A DNA stretch of 37,037 bases from a virus (lineage: Duplodnaviria > Heunggongvirae > Uroviricota > Caudoviricetes). The translations under genes and the position numbers were made by a program. The notes beneath the pieces are model-generated. The model searched no databases. It had not been told where the DNA came from and saw nothing but the letters and a program-made list of their open reading frames with translations. Below, piece by piece: positions 36,350-37,037 of the stretch; position 1 is the first letter of the stretch; each line of letters starts with the position of its first letter. The stretch spans positions 1 through 37,037 of IMG/VR virus record IMGVR_UViG_2541047915_000010. One strand, written 5' to 3'.

Positions 36350-36445
36350 AACTAATGCTAAAAATCATTATATAGAGAAAGTCATGTTTAAATCTTAGAG
36401 AATACAACCTAGAATAGTGCAAGCACTACAATAAGAGAGGTCGCT

Positions 36446-36706
36446 ATGTTCCGTTGTCCGCTTTGTGGCGCATCTGCCCGTATCCGCACCAGTCGTCCGG
36501 AAAATGATTCAAACACCGTGAGACAAAAGTATTATCAGTGTAACAATCTAGAATGCGGCGTATGTTTCTCAACACTGGAAGCCTTCCACAAATTCACTTC
36601 AAAGCACGTCTCCCCCATTCACTCATCAGAGGGCATCCCGTGGCATGAACTGCCAACTTCACACAGAGGAAACAATCAGATGAGTTTGCCCTTACCTCAG
36701 AATTAA
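36446..36706 (+). CDS. ogr: Late gene activator Ogr (zinc-finger, Ogr/Delta family)
   Basis: MFRCPLCGASARIRTSRPENDSNTVRQKYYQCNNLECGVCF has the CxxC...CxxC arrangement and parallels P2 Ogr (MFHCPLCQHAAHARTSRY...YHQCQNVNCSATF); agagagg RBS. Confidence 0.85.
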   Translation: MFRCPLCGASARIRTSRPENDSNTVRQKYYQCNNLECGVCFSTLEAFHKFTSKHVSPIHSSEGIPWHELPTSHRGNNQMSLPLPQN

Positions 36707-36896
36707 CGAGCAGAATTGCCGGAGTAACAAAAAAGCGATAGATTACGCGCGGGTGCCTTTCGGCTGATGGTCGGAGGGAATACCTGAAGGCCAGATGTGG
36801 AAAGGCCCCGGAAAACATTTTTGTTTAACCGAGGCCCTAACCGTCTACCCTAAGCAAGTGATAGGTTAGCGCCTCCCCGAAAAAGGAGCAAGCGCT

Positions 36897-37037
36897 ATGT
36901 CGCAAAAATCGCTTACGGCCATCACGTTCTGCGTGACGGCAATCCTCATCATCTGGATGCTGCACGGTTCGCTGTGCGAAATACGGATGAGCTTCTGGGG
37001 AGCGGAGTTTGCGGCGTTCTTACAGTGTAAGCAGTAA
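36897..37037 (+). CDS. Hok/Gef-family type I toxin-like small membrane protein
   Basis: 46 aa: MSQKSLTAITFCVTAILIIWMLHGSLCEIRMSFWGAEFAAFLQCKQ; N-terminal TM helix and SLCEIR...AAF, as in Hok (..KSLCEIRYRDGHREVAAF..); AAGGAG RBS 8 nt upstream; the stop codon is the last 3 nt of the window. Confidence 0.55.
   Translation: MSQKSLTAITFCVTAILIIWMLHGSLCEIRMSFWGAEFAAFLQCKQ

Noticed and set aside
1-37037. CRISPR arrays, tRNA and rRNA genes
   Set aside because: No regularly spaced short direct repeats with unique spacers and no cloverleaf-like or rRNA-like segments were seen; all repeats found are explained by the invertible fibre cassettes, operator or iteron elements.

Overview
This window is an almost complete P2-like (Peduovirus-type) temperate myovirus prophage in an enterobacterial background, running from the integrase/immunity region (int, C repressor, early operon, rolling-circle initiator A) through the late genes to D and ogr. 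All calls are from reading the sequence and the supplied ORF track, with homology judged from memory of P2/186/Mu/R1 proteins; no database search or computation was run. Late genes present: Q and P on the minus strand; O-N-M-L-X, a lysis cassette (holin, M15 endolysin, LysB/LysC spanins), R-S-V-W-J-I-H on the plus strand; U-T-E/E'-FII-FI on the minus strand. Four cargo regions interrupt this backbone. (1) An AT-rich insertion of about 3.5 kb between D and ogr encodes one 1039-aa protein with an N-terminal 4-helix membrane anchor and a large domain I cannot assign to any family; this is the best candidate for an undescribed system (defence or superinfection exclusion). (2) A ParM/ParR type II partition module sits between A and the cos/portal region. 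(3) The tail-fibre gene H is followed by a multi-cassette invertible region (shufflon) with Hin/Gin-family crossover sites, duplicated tail-fibre-assembly genes in a roughly 3-kb near-perfect palindrome, and a serine DNA invertase. (4) A Hok/Gef-like type I toxin ORF lies at the right edge. The tail sheath/tube/tape-measure block is inverted relative to canonical P2 order. No rRNA, tRNA or CRISPR array was seen; attL/attR were not resolved.
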